Notes under the pieces: generated by a model
Databases searched by the model: none
What the model saw: the letters and a program-made list of their open reading frames with translations, nothing else
What the model was told of the DNA's origin: nothing
Origin: an uncultured Chloroflexia bacterium
Lineage (GTDB): Bacteria > Chloroflexota > Anaerolineae > CG2-30-64-16
Reading direction: 5' to 3'
Assembly (NCBI GenBank): GCA_963774265.1
Contig: CAVZDU010000002.1
Location: 352,001-416,000 of the forward strand
DNA: 64,000 nucleotides
Program-made: the position numbers and the translations under genes
Shown here: in pieces, positions 10,066-19,844 of the stretch
Numbering within the stretch: position 1 is the stretch's first letter
How the letters are laid out: each line of letters opens with the position of its first letter

Positions 10066-10909
10066 GCTGTTCCTCCTGGGCCGCGACCTGTTCCAGCGCG
10101 CGCTGGACGAAGACACCGGCCATCTTGCGCCGGTACCACTCGGTCGCGATGGGATCGGTGAACGGTTCGCACTCGGCCGCGGCAGCGCCGGCCGCGGCAG
10201 CGATGGTTTCGGCGTTCAAGGCTGAGCCGGCCAGCGCAGCCTCGGCGCCGCGGGCGCGCAGCGGATGCGGTCCGACGGCATTGAGCGCGACGCGCACGTC
10301 CCTGGTCTTGCCGTTGTCGGACATCACGTGCACCGCGACGCTCACGATCGCCGGCGTGTTCGTGTAGAGCCGGCCGTGCTTCAGCAGGACGGTCTTGCCC
10401 GCGGGCCGGGGGACCTGGATCTCGACCACCAGCTCGTCCGGCTCAACCACCGTCGCCATGAAACCGGTGTAAAACTCGGCCAGGGGCACGATGCGCTCGC
10501 CACGAGCTCTGCTGGCCAGCTTGATCCTGGCATCCAGCGCCAGGAACGCAACCGCCAGGTCGCCCGCGGGCGGCGGCGCAAACAGGTTGCCGCCCGCGGT
10601 CCCCATGTTCTGGATGGCCCAGCCCCCGACATTTTTGGCCGCCTCGGCCAGCATGGGGATGCCGGCCTCCTGGCGGACCTGCGTCAGGGTCGCTGCGGCG
10701 CCGATATGCACCGCACCGTTCACCTGGCGCACGTAGTTGAGCCCCGCCCGGCGAAGCCCAAGCACCCTCTCCGGCTTGGAGACGCCCTTGTTCACCAGCG
10801 GGACGGCCAGGGTGCCGCCGGCCATGACAAGGAGCGCAGGGCCGTGCTGGTCCAGCAGGCTCAGCGCCTCGTTCAATGACTGCGGCTGGAGATACGCTTG
10901 CGTTGTCAC
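10055..10909 (-). CDS. Mo-hydroxylase I, FAD-binding subunit
   Basis: MAGGT, IGAAATL, IQNMGTAGGNL, D..AT.WYRR. Confidence 0.9.
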   Translation of the reverse strand: MTTQAYLQPQSLNEALSLLDQHGPALLVMAGGTLAVPLVNKGVSKPERVLGLRRAGLNYVRQVNGAVHIGAAATLTQVRQEAGIPMLAEAAKNVGGWAIQNMGTAGGNLFAPPPAGDLAVAFLALDARIKLASRARGERIVPLAEFYTGFMATVVEPDELVVEIQVPRPAGKTVLLKHGRLYTNTPAIVSVAVHVMSDNGKTRDVRVALNAVGPHPLRARGAEAALAGSALNAETIAAAAGAAAAECEPFTDPIATEWYRRKMAGVFVQRALEQVAAQEEQHGI

Positions 10910-11024
10910 ATTAACACCTCCATTGAGTGTACGGTCACGCCGCGGCGGCCAAGAACCGCGCGGCCATTTTGCGAAAGTTGAGTGGGCCCCTTCAGCGCCT
11001 CCTCGATGGCAGCTCTCTGGGCCC

Positions 11025-11414
11025 TCAGCTTCCCACCAGGCCCTGTTTGATCATCACCAGCGCCGGGTCCGGGCCCTTATAGCCGATCAGATACTCCATG
11101 CGGATCGGTGCAAAGCACTCGTAGAAGACGACATCTTCCTCGCTCAACTTGCGAAAGCCATGGACCACGTTCGAGTTGACGATGAGCAGGGCGCCGGGGC
11201 CGACCTCCTGCTCCTCGTCGCCCACTTTCGCCCAAAGGCGGCCCTGGGCCACCAGCATAATCTGCTCGGCTTCATGCCTGTGCGCCGGAATGGTGACCTC
11301 GCCCTGGTAGGTAATGCGGGTCATCATGACCTTCTCGCCGCACACGGCCTGGCGGAGAACGCCGGGAACATAGGGGTAGGCCGGGAACTCATCCCACGTG
11401 GTGATTTGTGACAT
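11025..11414 (-). CDS. Cupin domain protein
   Basis: PAHRHEAEQ...G...HG metal-binding cupin motifs, F.P.R.EY; SD caggagg. Confidence 0.85.
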   Translation of the reverse strand: MSQITTWDEFPAYPYVPGVLRQAVCGEKVMMTRITYQGEVTIPAHRHEAEQIMLVAQGRLWAKVGDEEQEVGPGALLIVNSNVVHGFRKLSEEDVVFYECFAPIRMEYLIGYKGPDPALVMIKQGLVGS

Positions 11415-11446
11415 GTCATCCTCCTGATGTGATGATAGCCTGTGCA

Positions 11447-12209
11447 CTATCCTGAGCAGCGGCCTCCTGCAGGCTGCCCTGGATGGTCTCGAGGTGCTGC
11501 CGCATGATGGCAGCAGCCGCCTCCGGGTCCCGGCGCGCCAGTGCCTCCACGATGGCCAAGGTGATCTTGAACCGACTGGGACCGCACCCCGGACAGGGTT
11601 GCGGTTCGCCTGCGGCTGGCCGTGCCCAGCCGGGTCAAGCTATCCATGATGCGCGCGATGATCTGGTTGTGGGCCGCCGCGCTGATGATCTGGTGCAGCT
11701 CGAGGTCGGCCGTCAGAAAAGACCTCGGGATCGTCAACATGCGCGGCGGCGCGACTGACGCAAGCACGCAACCGGGCCAATTCCTCGTCGGTCGCGCGGG
11801 TCGCCGCCGCAGCCGCGAGGCCGGGTTCCAGCATCTGACGTGCTTCCAGCAGTTCCGCGAAGGTCGAATCGTCGAGGGCAAAAACAAAGTCGAGATGCTC
11901 GATCAGCACCTCAGGCTTGAGGGAGCTGACGTAGGTGCCCGAACCCTGGCGGATTTCCACGATGTTCAGCATGGCAAGTGCCCGCAAGGCCTCGCGTAGC
12001 GAAGGGCGGCTGACTTGCATCGTAGCCGCAAGGTCCCGCTCAGAGGGCAGCTTGTCGCCCGGTCGCAGCTTGCGCTCGGCGATCAGTGAAAGCAGGCGCG
12101 CTGCGATGCGTTCGGGGAGCACATCACGGGCGACTATACCATAGGTTGGGGCCGTGGAACCAGGCTCTGACACAGCATACACCTCCGGGGTTGAGTCGAC
12201 TGTGTTCAT
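11447..12209 (-). CDS. FadR/GntR-family transcriptional regulator (frameshifted)
   Basis: wHTH KLPSERDLA..MQVSRPSLREAL...GSGTYV; FCD domain ADLELHQII..AAHN in the next frame. Confidence 0.88.
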
Positions 12210-12703
12210 TCATTTCTAGAACGCAAGGGGGGCGCATCGACACCCGTAGTCAGCGCCGCAGCTGCACGCTTGCGCGCCAGCTCCGGCAGCCTGGCCAGCC
12301 CCTGCCGGATGAGCGTTTGGGCCACGCCTTCAGCAAAGCGCGGGCTCATGCCAGCCAGGGGACCGCTGATCTGGGCATCTCCCTGGTAGACGATGCGTGT
12401 CTGCTGCCCCTGGGGCTGCAGAGAGAAACTTGCCTGGCCGGCCACACCTCCGGTCGGCCCACTCGCCTCACCCTGGAACTTGCAGAAGTTGGGCGCCTCG
12501 AATTCCAGCAGCTTGACCCAGGTCTCGTAGGAGCCTGCGATACCCGGGACGCGGAGCGTCATGCGGGCCCGGTACTCGTCGGGCGCCACCTGAACCACGT
12601 CTTCGCAGCCCGGCAATAGCTCAAGCAAGGTGCTTGGGTCGAAGACAAGCGGCCAGATCGCGTCGGACGCAGCATCGATAAGGGACTGTCCGTTGACTTT
12701 CAT
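12206..12703 (-). CDS. coxG: CoxG/SRPBCC-family protein
   Basis: W...DP..L...LPGC, GDAQISGPLA; first gene of the Mo-hydroxylase I operon. Confidence 0.8.
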   Translation of the reverse strand: MKVNGQSLIDAASDAIWPLVFDPSTLLELLPGCEDVVQVAPDEYRARMTLRVPGIAGSYETWVKLLEFEAPNFCKFQGEASGPTGGVAGQASFSLQPQGQQTRIVYQGDAQISGPLAGMSPRFAEGVAQTLIRQGLARLPELARKRAAAALTTGVDAPPLRSRNE

Positions 12704-12730
12704 TTGAGTGCAATATCGGGAGATGAGAAT

Positions 12731-12741
12731 TGGTCAGACCA
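12731..12741. promoter_or_regulatory. FadR-type operator
   Basis: Palindrome TGGTCAGACCA between the promoter and the coxG start of an operon that encodes a FadR regulator. Confidence 0.75.
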
Positions 12742-12757
12742 CTTGACCGCCAGAGCG

Positions 12758-12786
12758 AATTTAGCACGCTTCACCCCGCCTGTCAA
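12758..12786 (-). promoter_or_regulatory. sigma70-type promoter of the Mo-hydroxylase I operon
   Basis: TTGACA-N17-TAAATT with extended -10 TGc. Confidence 0.75.
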
Positions 12787-12940
12787 CCCCTTTGAGCGAA
12801 ACTTTAAGGTGAAGTCATGTTGAGCGTCAAGTGCGAGTCAAATGAGTTCGCCCCGTATGACAGCCATCATAGCCGCCACCATCCCGCCGCACTACAATGA
12901 ACTGACATTGCCGTCGTCAAGACATCCGACGCGCTTAACA

Positions 12941-12969
12941 AAGAAACCCCACACAGCGGTGGGGTTCTT
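12941..12969 (-). terminator. Intrinsic terminator after tRNA-Ser(CGA)
   Basis: Stem aaccccac/gtggggtt followed by tctttgtt on the minus strand. Confidence 0.65.
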
Positions 12970-12979
12970 CATTATCAGG

Positions 12980-13066
12980 CGGAGAGGGTGGGATTCGAAC
13001 CCACGATCCCTTTCGAGGATACGCGTTTTCGAGACGCGCGCACTAGGCCAACTATGCGACCTCTCC
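12980..13066 (-). tRNA. tRNA-Ser(CGA), CCA not encoded
   Basis: Reverse complement GGAGAGG...cgcgt-ct-CGA-aa-acgcg...GGTTCGAATCC...CCTCTCCG followed by CCT; long variable arm. Confidence 0.95.
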
Positions 13067-13079
13067 GTAGATGTCTGCA

Positions 13080-13108
13080 ATCATAGCATACGACCAACCC
13101 GGCGGCAA
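13080..13108 (-). promoter_or_regulatory. Promoter of tRNA-Ser(CGA)
   Basis: TTGCCG-N17-TATGAT with extended TGc. Confidence 0.65.
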
Positions 13109-13124
13109 GAAAAGGGCTCTTATC

Positions 13125-14669
13125 ATGAAGGATAAACTCGCAGAACTCCGAGCGATGCGCGCCAAGGCGAAGCTGGGCGGAGGTCAGAGCCGCATCGACG
13201 ACCAGCATTCCCGCGGCAAGCTCACTGGACGCGAACGCATTGATGCGCTGGTGGACTCCGGCACGTTCCAGGAACTGGGCCGGCTGGCCACCCACAACTT
13301 CAGCGATTTCGGCATGGCTGAGAAGCGCTATCCCGGCGACGGCGTTGTCACAGGGTTTGCAAAAATCGACGGCCGGCGCGTCGCCCTCTACGCCCAGGAC
13401 TTCACTGTCCTCGGCGGATCGTTCTCTGAAGTCCAGTCCCAGAAGGTCTGCAAGATCATGGAGCTGGCCATGGAGAGCGGCATCCCCGTCGTGGCGCTGC
13501 TCGACTCGGGCGGCGCGCGCATCCAGGAGGGTGTCCGCAGCCTGGCGGCGTACGGTGAGCTGTTCGTGCGCAACGTTATGGCCTCCGGCGTTGTGCCCCA
13601 GATTTCCGTCCAGATGGGACCTTGCGCGGGCGGCGCGGTTTACTCCCCCGCGCTGACAGACTTCGTGGTGATGGTCCGCAAGACCAGCTATATGTTTATC
13701 ACCGGGCCTGACGTGATCAAAGCCGTTACGGGCGAGCATGTCGACTTCGACACCCTGGGCGGCGCGGTGGCGCATAACGTCCAATCGGGCGTCGCTCATT
13801 TTGCGGCTGACGATGAGGCGGCGGCGTTTCGTCTTATCAAGGAGATCCTCTCCTATCTGCCCCAAAATAACAGCGAGGACCCGCCCCGCGTTCAGCCATA
13901 CGACGACCCGGGCCGCCGCGACGACATGCTCGACCACCTCATACCCGAGGACTCCAGCCAGCCATACGACATGCGACAGGTCATTGCCAGCGTCTTCGAC
14001 CGGGGCAGCTTTCTCGAAGTGCACGCACATTACGCGAAGAACGCGCTGATCGGCCTGGCCCGGCTCGATGGCTTCCCGGTCGGCGTGGTGGCCAACCAGC
14101 CCATGACCCTGGCCGGCGTTCTCGACATTGATTCCTCCGACAAGATCGCACGCTGGGTGCGCTTCTGCGACGCGTTCAACCTGCCGGTCATCACCTTCGT
14201 CGATACACCGGGATATATGCCGGGCGTTGCCCAGGAGCATGCCGGAATCATTCGCCACGGCGCAAAGGTCATCTATGCCTACTGCGAGGCAACGGTGCCC
14301 AAAATCAGCGTTGTGATCCGCAAGGCGATGGGTGGCGCGTACATTGCCATGAGCAGCAAGCAGATGCGCACCGATCTGGCCTACGCATGGCCCACCGCCG
14401 AGATCGCAGTCATGGGTCCGGAGGGCGCGATCAACATCCTCTACCGCGATGAGCTCAAGCGGGCCGAGAATCCCAATGAGCTTCGAAAGAAGCTGCTGCA
14501 GGATTACGTGGACCGCTTCCACAACCCCTACGCAGCCGCAGATATGGGCCAGATCGACGAGGTGATCGAGCCGAGCTACACCCGCCTGCGCCTCGTCAAC
14601 GCGCTCGAGATCCTGCGCTCCAAGGTGGCCAGCAATCCGCCGAAGAAGCACGGCTTGATGCCGGTGTGA
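13125..14669 (+). CDS. mmdA: Acyl-CoA carboxyltransferase, (methyl)malonyl-CoA decarboxylase alpha subunit
   Basis: GKLTGRERI, QDFTVLGGS, DSGGARIQEG, GPCAGGAVYSPA, VDTPGY, AVMGPEGA, PPKKHG; followed by delta, gamma and beta genes, with no biotin carboxylase. Confidence 0.88.
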   Translation: MKDKLAELRAMRAKAKLGGGQSRIDDQHSRGKLTGRERIDALVDSGTFQELGRLATHNFSDFGMAEKRYPGDGVVTGFAKIDGRRVALYAQDFTVLGGSFSEVQSQKVCKIMELAMESGIPVVALLDSGGARIQEGVRSLAAYGELFVRNVMASGVVPQISVQMGPCAGGAVYSPALTDFVVMVRKTSYMFITGPDVIKAVTGEHVDFDTLGGAVAHNVQSGVAHFAADDEAAAFRLIKEILSYLPQNNSEDPPRVQPYDDPGRRDDMLDHLIPEDSSQPYDMRQVIASVFDRGSFLEVHAHYAKNALIGLARLDGFPVGVVANQPMTLAGVLDIDSSDKIARWVRFCDAFNLPVITFVDTPGYMPGVAQEHAGIIRHGAKVIYAYCEATVPKISVVIRKAMGGAYIAMSSKQMRTDLAYAWPTAEIAVMGPEGAINILYRDELKRAENPNELRKKLLQDYVDRFHNPYAAADMGQIDEVIEPSYTRLRLVNALEILRSKVASNPPKKHGLMPV

Positions 14670-14685
14670 GCATAGAGGTAGTCGC

Positions 14686-15111
14686 GTGAACCCAACCGTC
14701 GGAGAACTCCTTCAATCGGGGCTGACCATCACCGTTCTGGGAATGGGGCTGGTGTTTGCCGCCCTGGTGCTCCTGTGGGGCTTGCTTCGCCTCCTTTCAA
14801 CCGTTTTCCAGGACAAGGTGGAACCGCCGCCACAGATCAGCACAGCCCTCGATGAAGCCGAGGCGGCCGAGGTGCGGGCCGCGCTGGAAGCCGCTGCAGC
14901 CTTGACCGAGGAACGCGGCCAGGTCGCGGCGCTGGTGGCAGGGGCGTTGCTGGCGAACGCGCTGCCTTTACTCTTCGAGGCGCCCACCGGCCCCGCTTTC
15001 GAGCACGGCCGCACTGCGCCCTCCTGGGTGACAGGTAACCGGGCGCGGGCGCTGAGTTCATGGCAGCCTCCGCGCACACCCGAACCGAATCCACACCAGG
15101 GCACGGAATGA
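14686..15111 (+). CDS. mmdD: Na+-pumping decarboxylase membrane anchor (OadG/MmdD family)
   Basis: N-terminal helix ITVLGMGLVFAALVLL, E..VAALVAGA, SW..GNR. Confidence 0.78.
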   Translation: MNPTVGELLQSGLTITVLGMGLVFAALVLLWGLLRLLSTVFQDKVEPPPQISTALDEAEAAEVRAALEAAAALTEERGQVAALVAGALLANALPLLFEAPTGPAFEHGRTAPSWVTGNRARALSSWQPPRTPEPNPHQGTE

Positions 15112-15139
15112 TGCCGTTAATACGAGAAAGGGAAGTCCT

Positions 15140-15599
15140 GTGCCAACCTTCGATGTGATGATCCAGGGCAAGAAATACCATGTCGAGATCCCTGACCCCG
15201 GCGCCACCCCGCTGCAGGTCATTGTCGACGGGGAGCCGTTCGATGTGGAGGTGTCGGGCACCGAGTCCACAGTCCACGCCGACCCTCCGCGCGGCGGCGC
15301 CCCGGCCCGCGCCCGAGCCCCCCAAGCTGCCACCCCTGCCGAACGTGAAGGTCGCCCGGCCTGCGGCGCCCAGCGGCCCAAGCGGCGGACACGACATCCT
15401 CTCGCCGATGCCGGGCACGATTCTGTCTATAGAGGTTAAGGTCGGTGAAGCGGTCGAGTCCGGCCAGGTCGTCGCCGTGCTCGAAGCGATGAAGATGAAA
15501 AACCCGATCCGCGCCAACTTCGACGGGACCGTGAGTGAGATCGCGGCGACCCCTGGCCAGGCCGTGGCCTACGGTGACGTGTTGGTCCGACTGGCCTGA
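15140..15599 (+). CDS. mmdC: Biotin carboxyl carrier subunit (frameshift near 15285)
   Basis: SPMPGTI...VLEAMKMKN biotinylation motif; Pro/Ala linker. Confidence 0.88.
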
Positions 15600-15610
15600 A
15601 GGGGGCAGCC

Positions 15611-16776
15611 ATGAGCATCGGTTGGGACACTCTGCTGTCCATTTTCGCCGGGTTGGGAGAGCTGACCTGGGCCAACGTGCTGATGATCGCGGTCGGCGCG
15701 GTGCTCATCTACCTGGCCATCGCCAAAGAGTACGAGCCGGTCCTGCTGATCCCCATCGGCGTGGGCGCGATCCTGGCGAACATCCCAGGCGCAGGCATGG
15801 GACTCGACCTGCGGGCCATCATGGCCGGCGAACCCCAGGAAGGCAGCGTCTTCTACGCGCTGTACAAAGCAGGCATCGAGACCGAGCTCTTCCCGTTGAT
15901 CCTCTTCATCGGGATCGGCGCCATGACCGACTTCGGACCGCTGCTGTCGAACCCGCGGATGGTGCTGGTCGGCGCAGCGGGCCAGTTCGGCATCTTCGCC
16001 GTCCTGCTGCTCGCGCTGGCGACCGGCCGTTTCTCCCTGCCCGAGGCCGCGTCGATCGGCATCATCGGCGCCATCGACGGCCCGACCAGCATTTTCGTCG
16101 CATCCAAGCTGGCGCCGCACTTGCTGGCGCCCATCGCCGTCTCTGCGTATACCTACATGAGCCTGGTGCCGATCATTCAGCCGCCCATCATGCGCCTGCT
16201 CACGACGAAGGCCGAGCGCCGGATCCGCATGCCGTATATCGAGCGCCCGGTCAGCAAGCGCGCTCGCATCATCTTCCCCCTGGTGGTCACCCTTCTGACC
16301 GGCTTCCTGGCGCCCCAGGCCAGCCCCCTCATCGGCACGCTGATGTTCGGGAACCTGATGCGCGAGTCGGGCGTGGTGGACCGTCTGGTCAAGACCGCCG
16401 GCAACGAGCTAGCGAATATCGCCACCATCTTCCTGGGCATCACGATCGGTGCGACCATGGTCGGCGACGTCGTTCGCCAACGTTCAGACGCTCATCATCC
16501 TGGTCCTGGGCATCCTGGCCTTTGCGCTGGACACCGCAGCCGGCGTGCTGTTCGGCAAGCTGCTCAACGTGCTCACGCGCGGCAAATTCAACCCGCTTGA
16601 TCGGCGCGGCGGGCATCAGTGCATTCCCGATGGCTGCGCGGGTCGTCAATCGCGTGGGTCTCGAGGAAGATTATGACAACTTCCTGCTGATGCACGCGAT
16701 GGGCGCAAACACTGCCGGTCAGGTGGCTTCGGTCCTGGCCGGCGGCATTGTGCTGGCAATCATGACAGGAATCTAG
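15611..16776 (+). CDS. mmdB: Na+-translocating carboxybiotin decarboxylase beta subunit (two frameshifts near 16470 and 16595)
   Basis: [74 protein letters not shown]. Confidence 0.92.
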
Positions 16777-16778
16777 CT

Positions 16779-18359
16779 ATGCCAATTCTGACTCGCATCA
16801 AGCCTTCAGAGTATCACGACTCGATCACCCTCATGCAGGCAGCGGCCGCGCTCCTGGACATGCCTGGGATTACGGATGCGGCCGTGATCATGGGCACCCC
16901 CGCGAACCACGAGATCGTCTCGGGCGCGGGATTGCTGACGCCGGAGGCCGCGGCGACGCGGCCGGACGATCTGGTCATCATCGTCAAAGCTGCCGATGAT
17001 GCGGCCGGCCAGGCCGCGCTGGCGAAAGCTGAGGAAATCCTGTCGCGGCGGGCCGAACGCACGGAGGCGAATTCAGCGCGCCCCAAGTCGCTGGCATCAG
17101 CCATCGCGGCCGATCCCCGGGCGAACCTGGCGGTGATCTCGGTCGCAGGCCGCTATGCCGCACAAGAAGCGCGCACCGCGCTCGAAGCCGGGTTGCACGT
17201 GCTCCTCTTCTCGGACAACGTGCCCCTGGAAGACGAGATCAGCCTCAAGGAGCTGGCAGCAAGCAAGGGCTTGCTGTGCATGGGGCCGGACGCCGGCACC
17301 GCGATCATCAACGGCGTCGCGCTGGGGTTTGCGAACGCAGTCCCGCGCGGCAGCATCGGGTTGGTCAGCGCAGCGGGCACCGGGCTGCAGGGGGTGACCT
17401 CCGGAATTGCACGCCGCGGCGTGCGCGGCGCCGCGAGCGGCGCGGGCGTGTCGCAGGCCATCGGCACGGGCGGCCGCGACCTGAGCGAGGCGGTCGGCGG
17501 CAAGATGATGCTCCAGGGGCTGAAGATGCTCCAGGAGGACCCCGAGACAGAGGTGATTGTCCTCATCTCGAAGCCGCCTGCCCCGGCGGTTGCCCAGAAG
17601 GTGCTCGGCGCGATCACCAAGGCCAAGCCCACAGTCGTGTGTTTCCTCGGCGCAGACCTAGGCGCGATCGAGAAGGCCGGCGCACTCCCAGCGACGACAC
17701 TGACGCAGGCGGCTGTGATCGCGGCCAGCCTGACCACCGGCGGCAACTACTGTGAAGCGTTGATGGGTTTGGAAGACTTCAGTCAGGATCTGATCCCCCT
17801 GGCTGAAGGCGAGCGCAGGAAGCTCGCTCCAGGCCAAACTGCGCTGCGCGGCCTCTTCGTCGGCGGCACTTTCTGCTACGAGGCCCAGCTCCTGCTCAAG
17901 AACCTGCCCGAGCCGGTGCACAGCAACGCGCCGCTGATCGAGGCGAACAAGCTGGGGGCTGAGACATACAAGCACACGATCATCGACCTCGGTGAGGACG
18001 AATTCACTCAGGGACGCCCGCATCCGATGATCGACCCGACGCTGCGAAACCGGCGCATCACCCAGGAGGCAGGGGATCCCTCTGTCGGGGTGATCCTGCT
18101 CGACTTCGTGCTCGGCTATGGCAGCCACATCGACCCTGCTGGCGCAGCGCTGGAGGCAATTCGCCAGGCGCAGCGAACTGCGCGGGAGGCCGGCCATAAC
18201 CTGGTCTTCGTCGCTTCAGTCTGCGGCACGGAGGCCGATCCCCAGCGCCTGAGCGACCAGGAGGCGAAGCTGCGCGGGGCTGGCGTGATCGTCCTGCCCG
18301 ACAATGCGTCGGCTGCGAGACTGGCGGGCTTGATCAGCCAGGGATTGGACGAAGCCTGA
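16779..18359 (+). CDS. FdrA-family protein, YahF-type architecture (succinyl-CoA synthetase-like fold)
   Basis: YHDSITLM, MGTPAN, LFSDNV, MGPDAGT, GTGGRDL, DLGEDEFTQGRPHPMIDP, DFVLGYGSH; starts 2 nt after the mmdB stop. Confidence 0.9.
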   Translation: MPILTRIKPSEYHDSITLMQAAAALLDMPGITDAAVIMGTPANHEIVSGAGLLTPEAAATRPDDLVIIVKAADDAAGQAALAKAEEILSRRAERTEANSARPKSLASAIAADPRANLAVISVAGRYAAQEARTALEAGLHVLLFSDNVPLEDEISLKELAASKGLLCMGPDAGTAIINGVALGFANAVPRGSIGLVSAAGTGLQGVTSGIARRGVRGAASGAGVSQAIGTGGRDLSEAVGGKMMLQGLKMLQEDPETEVIVLISKPPAPAVAQKVLGAITKAKPTVVCFLGADLGAIEKAGALPATTLTQAAVIAASLTTGGNYCEALMGLEDFSQDLIPLAEGERRKLAPGQTALRGLFVGGTFCYEAQLLLKNLPEPVHSNAPLIEANKLGAETYKHTIIDLGEDEFTQGRPHPMIDPTLRNRRITQEAGDPSVGVILLDFVLGYGSHIDPAGAALEAIRQAQRTAREAGHNLVFVASVCGTEADPQRLSDQEAKLRGAGVIVLPDNASAARLAGLISQGLDEA

Positions 18360-18363
18360 AAGG

Positions 18364-19773
18364 ATGACCGACATGGACCTGTTCCGCCAACCCTTGAAGC
18401 CGATCAACGTCGGCCTGGAATCGTTCTACGAAAGCATGGTCAGCCAGGGGCGCCGGCCGTCGCTGTGGACTGGCGGCCGCCGCTCGAGGGCTACGTCGAG
18501 ATGCTGCGCACACGCGACGGGGTCGACATCGAGGCGGCCAACGCCGAGGCCTTCGCGCGCATCACCGCGGGCCGCCCGATGCTCGTCGGCATGGGCATGG
18601 CACAGCGACGTGATCCCCGGCTTCGCGCCGGCGCACGGCGCGGATGCTGATCACGCACAGCGGGCCGCCGATCGCGTGGGAGCGCATGTGCGGCCCGACG
18701 CGCGGCGCAGTCATGGGCGCGCTGATCTACGAAGGGCTGGCCGAGACGCCCGAAGACGGCCGCGGCCCTGGCCGCGTCCGGCGAGATCGAGTTCGCACCC
18801 TGCCATCACTACGGCGCGGTCGGGCCGATGGCGGGCATCATCAGCCCATCGATGCCGGTGTTCATCGTCAAGAACGAGGCATTCGGCAACGTCGCCTACG
18901 CCACGCAGAACGAGGGGCTGGGCAAGGTGCTGCGCTACGGCGCGTACGGGCCCGGAGGTGATCCGCCGGCTCAAGTGGATGGAGACGGTGCTCTACCCAG
19001 CGCTCAAGGCGGCGCTGGAGGTCAGCGGCCCGATCGATCTGCGCAGCATGACCGCACAGGCGCTGCACATGGGCGACGAGTGCCACAACCGCAACAAGGC
19101 CGGCACTTCGCTCTTCATCCGGCTGATCGCGCCGGCGCTGGTGGAGGCGGTGAAGGATCGCGGCAGTCGTTGCCGAGGTGCTGCGCTTCATCGACGGCAA
19201 CGACCACTTCTTTCTGAATCTCTCGATGCCGGCGATGAAGGCAATGCTGGCTGCCCGCCGAAAACATCCCCGGCTGCACGGTCGTGACCATGATGGCGCG
19301 CAACGGGACGGATTGGGGCATCCGCGTCAGCGGCACGGGCGACCGCTGGTTCACCGCGCCCGCGCCGTTGGTCGCAGGGCTCTGGCTGCCCGGCTTCACC
19401 GCGGCCGACGCCAACCCGGACATCGGCGACAGCGCGATCACCGAGACGGGCGGGATCGGCGGGTTTGCGCTGGCCGGCGCGCCGGCCATCGTCAAGTTCG
19501 TCGGCGGCACGCCGGCCGACGCGCTGAACGCGACGCTGGAGATGTACGAGATCACGCAGGGCGAACACACCGCGTTCACGATCCCCGGCGCTCAATTTCC
19601 GCGGCACGCCCGTCGGCATCGACGTGCGCAAGGTGATGCGCACCGGGATCACGCCGCGGCTGAACACCGGCATCGCACACCGGGAGCCGGGCGTGGGCAT
19701 GGTGGGCGCCGGGCTGGTGTAGGCGCCGAAGGGGTGTTTTGTGGCCGCGTTTGAGGCGCTAAAAGCGATCTGA
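18364..19773 (+). CDS. DUF1116 protein, YahG-type (several frameshifts; in-frame TAG at 19720)
   Basis: INVGLESF...DWRPP N-module, HSGPP, PCHH..AVGPMAG, NEGLGKVLRYGA, MGDECHNRN, DIGDSAITET.GIGG, NTGIAH. Confidence 0.88.
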
Positions 19774-19809
19774 CCGCCCATCTTGTGATACATTTCTCGC
19801 ATTGAGTGC

Positions 19810-19838
19810 TTGCACAATCCGGCAAAGCTGTGTATAGT
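19810..19838 (+). promoter_or_regulatory. sigma70-type promoter, probably leaderless transcript
   Basis: TTGCAC-N17-TATAGT; the ATG at 19845 follows the -10 box after 6 nt, with no SD. Confidence 0.6.
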
Positions 19839-19844
19839 GTCACC

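Noticed and set aside
12980-13066. tRNA-Sec, given the nearby yqeB
   Set aside because: The anticodon is CGA and the acceptor stem is a normal 7 bp.
12975-14651. Long antisense ORFs (also 27455-28969, 32628-34298, 48550-50127, and 7018-8406 on +)
   Set aside because: Shadow frames of well-supported genes in high-GC DNA; no motifs.
13125-14669. Propionyl-/acetyl-CoA carboxylase (CO2-fixing)
   Set aside because: No biotin carboxylase nearby; membrane beta and delta subunits define a Na+-pumping decarboxylase.
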